Of a DNA stretch of 49,847 nt, positions 48,808 through 49,847 are shown one piece after another (position 1 is the stretch's first letter; each line of letters opens with the position of its first letter). The stretch covers positions 1 through 49,847 of the forward strand of contig JABMQW010000087.1 in the NCBI GenBank assembly GCA_013203115.1, given 5' to 3'. Both the position numbers and the translations under genes were made by a program. The notes under the pieces are model-generated. The model saw only the letters and a list, made by a program, of their open reading frames with translations, was not told the DNA's origin and did not search any database. Origin of the DNA: Fidelibacterota bacterium (GTDB lineage: Bacteria; Fidelibacterota; Marinisomatia; Marinisomatales; TCS56).

Positions 48808-49287
48808 CTAAATTGATCCGTATCTCAATTGTATATAAGGACCCTCATGATATTTATCCACCAGCATTTCCAGTGGATATTTATATCCAAAACGCAAACC
48901 GAGCACCATGCCCTTTTTTTTCTGGATCACCTTATGTCCTTCATATAAATCAACACCGAAAGAAATATCCATAGTGTATGATGAATTCAAATCCGAGCCA
49001 ACTGAAACTACAGGGAATATATTGATGTACTCACTATAAACAAGAGAATACCCAAGCCCAAGAAAAATAAATCCACCAGTATATTTAGCGTTCAAAATGA
49101 ATTTATCGTATAAATTTCCATAGGCTCCTATTTCACCCCAGATAGTTTTGGATGTATCGGTCTTCCCGCCGGTCAGAGCCAGGTAGCCGGCCACCTGCCC
49201 CGGAGCAATGCTGTGGCAGGTCAGAAATAAAACGATAAATGCTATAAAAAAGTGTTGAGGGACTGAAAATCGGGTCTTTATTTTCAT
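48808..49287 (-). CDS. Hypothetical exported protein, possibly a small outer-membrane beta-barrel
   Basis: Hydrophobic N-terminus followed by alternating Gly/aromatic strands (LGLGYSL, LGLRFGYKY, YIQLRYG). Confidence 0.6.
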   Translation of the reverse strand: MKIKTRFSVPQHFFIAFIVLFLTCHSIAPGQVAGYLALTGGKTDTSKTIWGEIGAYGNLYDKFILNAKYTGGFIFLGLGYSLVYSEYINIFPVVSVGSDLNSSYTMDISFGVDLYEGHKVIQKKKGMVLGLRFGYKYPLEMLVDKYHEGPYIQLRYGSI

Positions 49288-49743
49288 AATGCTGTCTGAT
49301 TGTGATCGATTATTTTATTGTCAAGAACTGCAATTGTGCAATTGATTGCGGAAAACAAAATAGTACCCACTGTAATGTAAATCAATATTGTATTTGTGAC
49401 ACCGCTACAACGAACGGATTTACTGCTTATCACCGTTACATTAATCTTTTTGAATCGGTTAGGATATGGTTGGATATAATTAACCGAACAATACTCTCGG
49501 AAATTTATTTTAGTTCCGGTTACAGTAATTGATTCTGATATTGCCCATGATTATTGCGTTTGTCTTTTCAAGCCAGTATTGGGAGATAGACAGTAAATTC
49601 ATGTTCGTAAATACACTTCGAGTTCAACTGTCAAATTTTGTAATTTCCAACTCATGTGGTTTCGGGGGCAAGTACCTTTGGTGCTTAAAATTGTAGCTGT
49701 TTAAGGGTCAAAGCCATCAAATACTTAATGCGAAGGAGTTAAC

Positions 49744-49847
49744 ATGTCTACTTTTAAAGATACGCTTGGTCGTCTGGTGGATCCGATGAAAAATCGAATC
49801 GATCACCTTATTAAAAATTATGGTGATGTTAAAGTTTCAGACATCAC
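49744..49847 (+). CDS. 5' end of a probable eukaryotic-type citrate synthase (truncated by the window)
   Basis: AAGGAG RBS at 49733-49738. MSTFKDTLGRLVDPMKNRIDHLIKNYGDVKVSDIT resembles the N-terminus 'LK..L...I......I..L.K.hGd..v..vT' of this family; only 34 codons are visible. Confidence 0.6.
   Translation, partial: MSTFKDTLGRLVDPMKNRIDHLIKNYGDVKVSDI

Noticed and set aside
1-49847. CRISPR arrays, tRNA/rRNA genes, prophage, defence systems; the many 60-155 aa ORFs nested in or antisense to long genes
   Set aside because: No regularly spaced repeats, cloverleafs or hallmark genes were seen by eye. The nested ORFs are shadow frames of well-supported CDSs.

Overview
This is a bacterial chromosomal window, very likely from a non-Bacteroidota member of the FCB superphylum such as Marinimicrobia, KSB1 or Calditrichota. 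That placement is inferred from the FlgD-Ig/'PNPFNP' C-terminal sorting domains, a PorV/PorQ-family gene and strong AGGAG ribosome-binding sites. The window is dominated by exported and scavenging functions. In order: an IS200 tnpA remnant abutting a 5'-truncated FN3/PPC gene; secreted phosphoesterases and an ADP-ribosylglycohydrolase; an intact IS4-family element (16-bp IRs, 9-bp TSD); an alpha-glucan cluster (GH97, EEP, GH31, DUF4326, GH13 with a TGA at a conserved Trp, frameshifted URO-D/MtaA-like gene, CTD-bearing metallophosphoesterase, Na+/sugar symporter); a six-gene SusD-less outer-membrane cassette (CTD protein, non-catalytic protein with about 8 OB-folds and a CTD, lipoprotein, TonB-dependent receptor, PorV/PorQ, NHL lipoprotein) followed by an adenosine deaminase remnant; a cobalamin-riboswitch-controlled BtuB plus a CTD-bearing BtuG-like protein; an AT-rich YidD-like/TPR operon; a GHL10-FN3-M14-amidohydrolase-like fusion; a GT4; a second GHL10; and the start of a eukaryotic-type citrate synthase. 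The best candidate for an undescribed system is the OB-fold/TBDR/PorV cassette, a possible nucleic-acid capture and uptake locus. All family assignments come from motif recognition by eye, without database searches.
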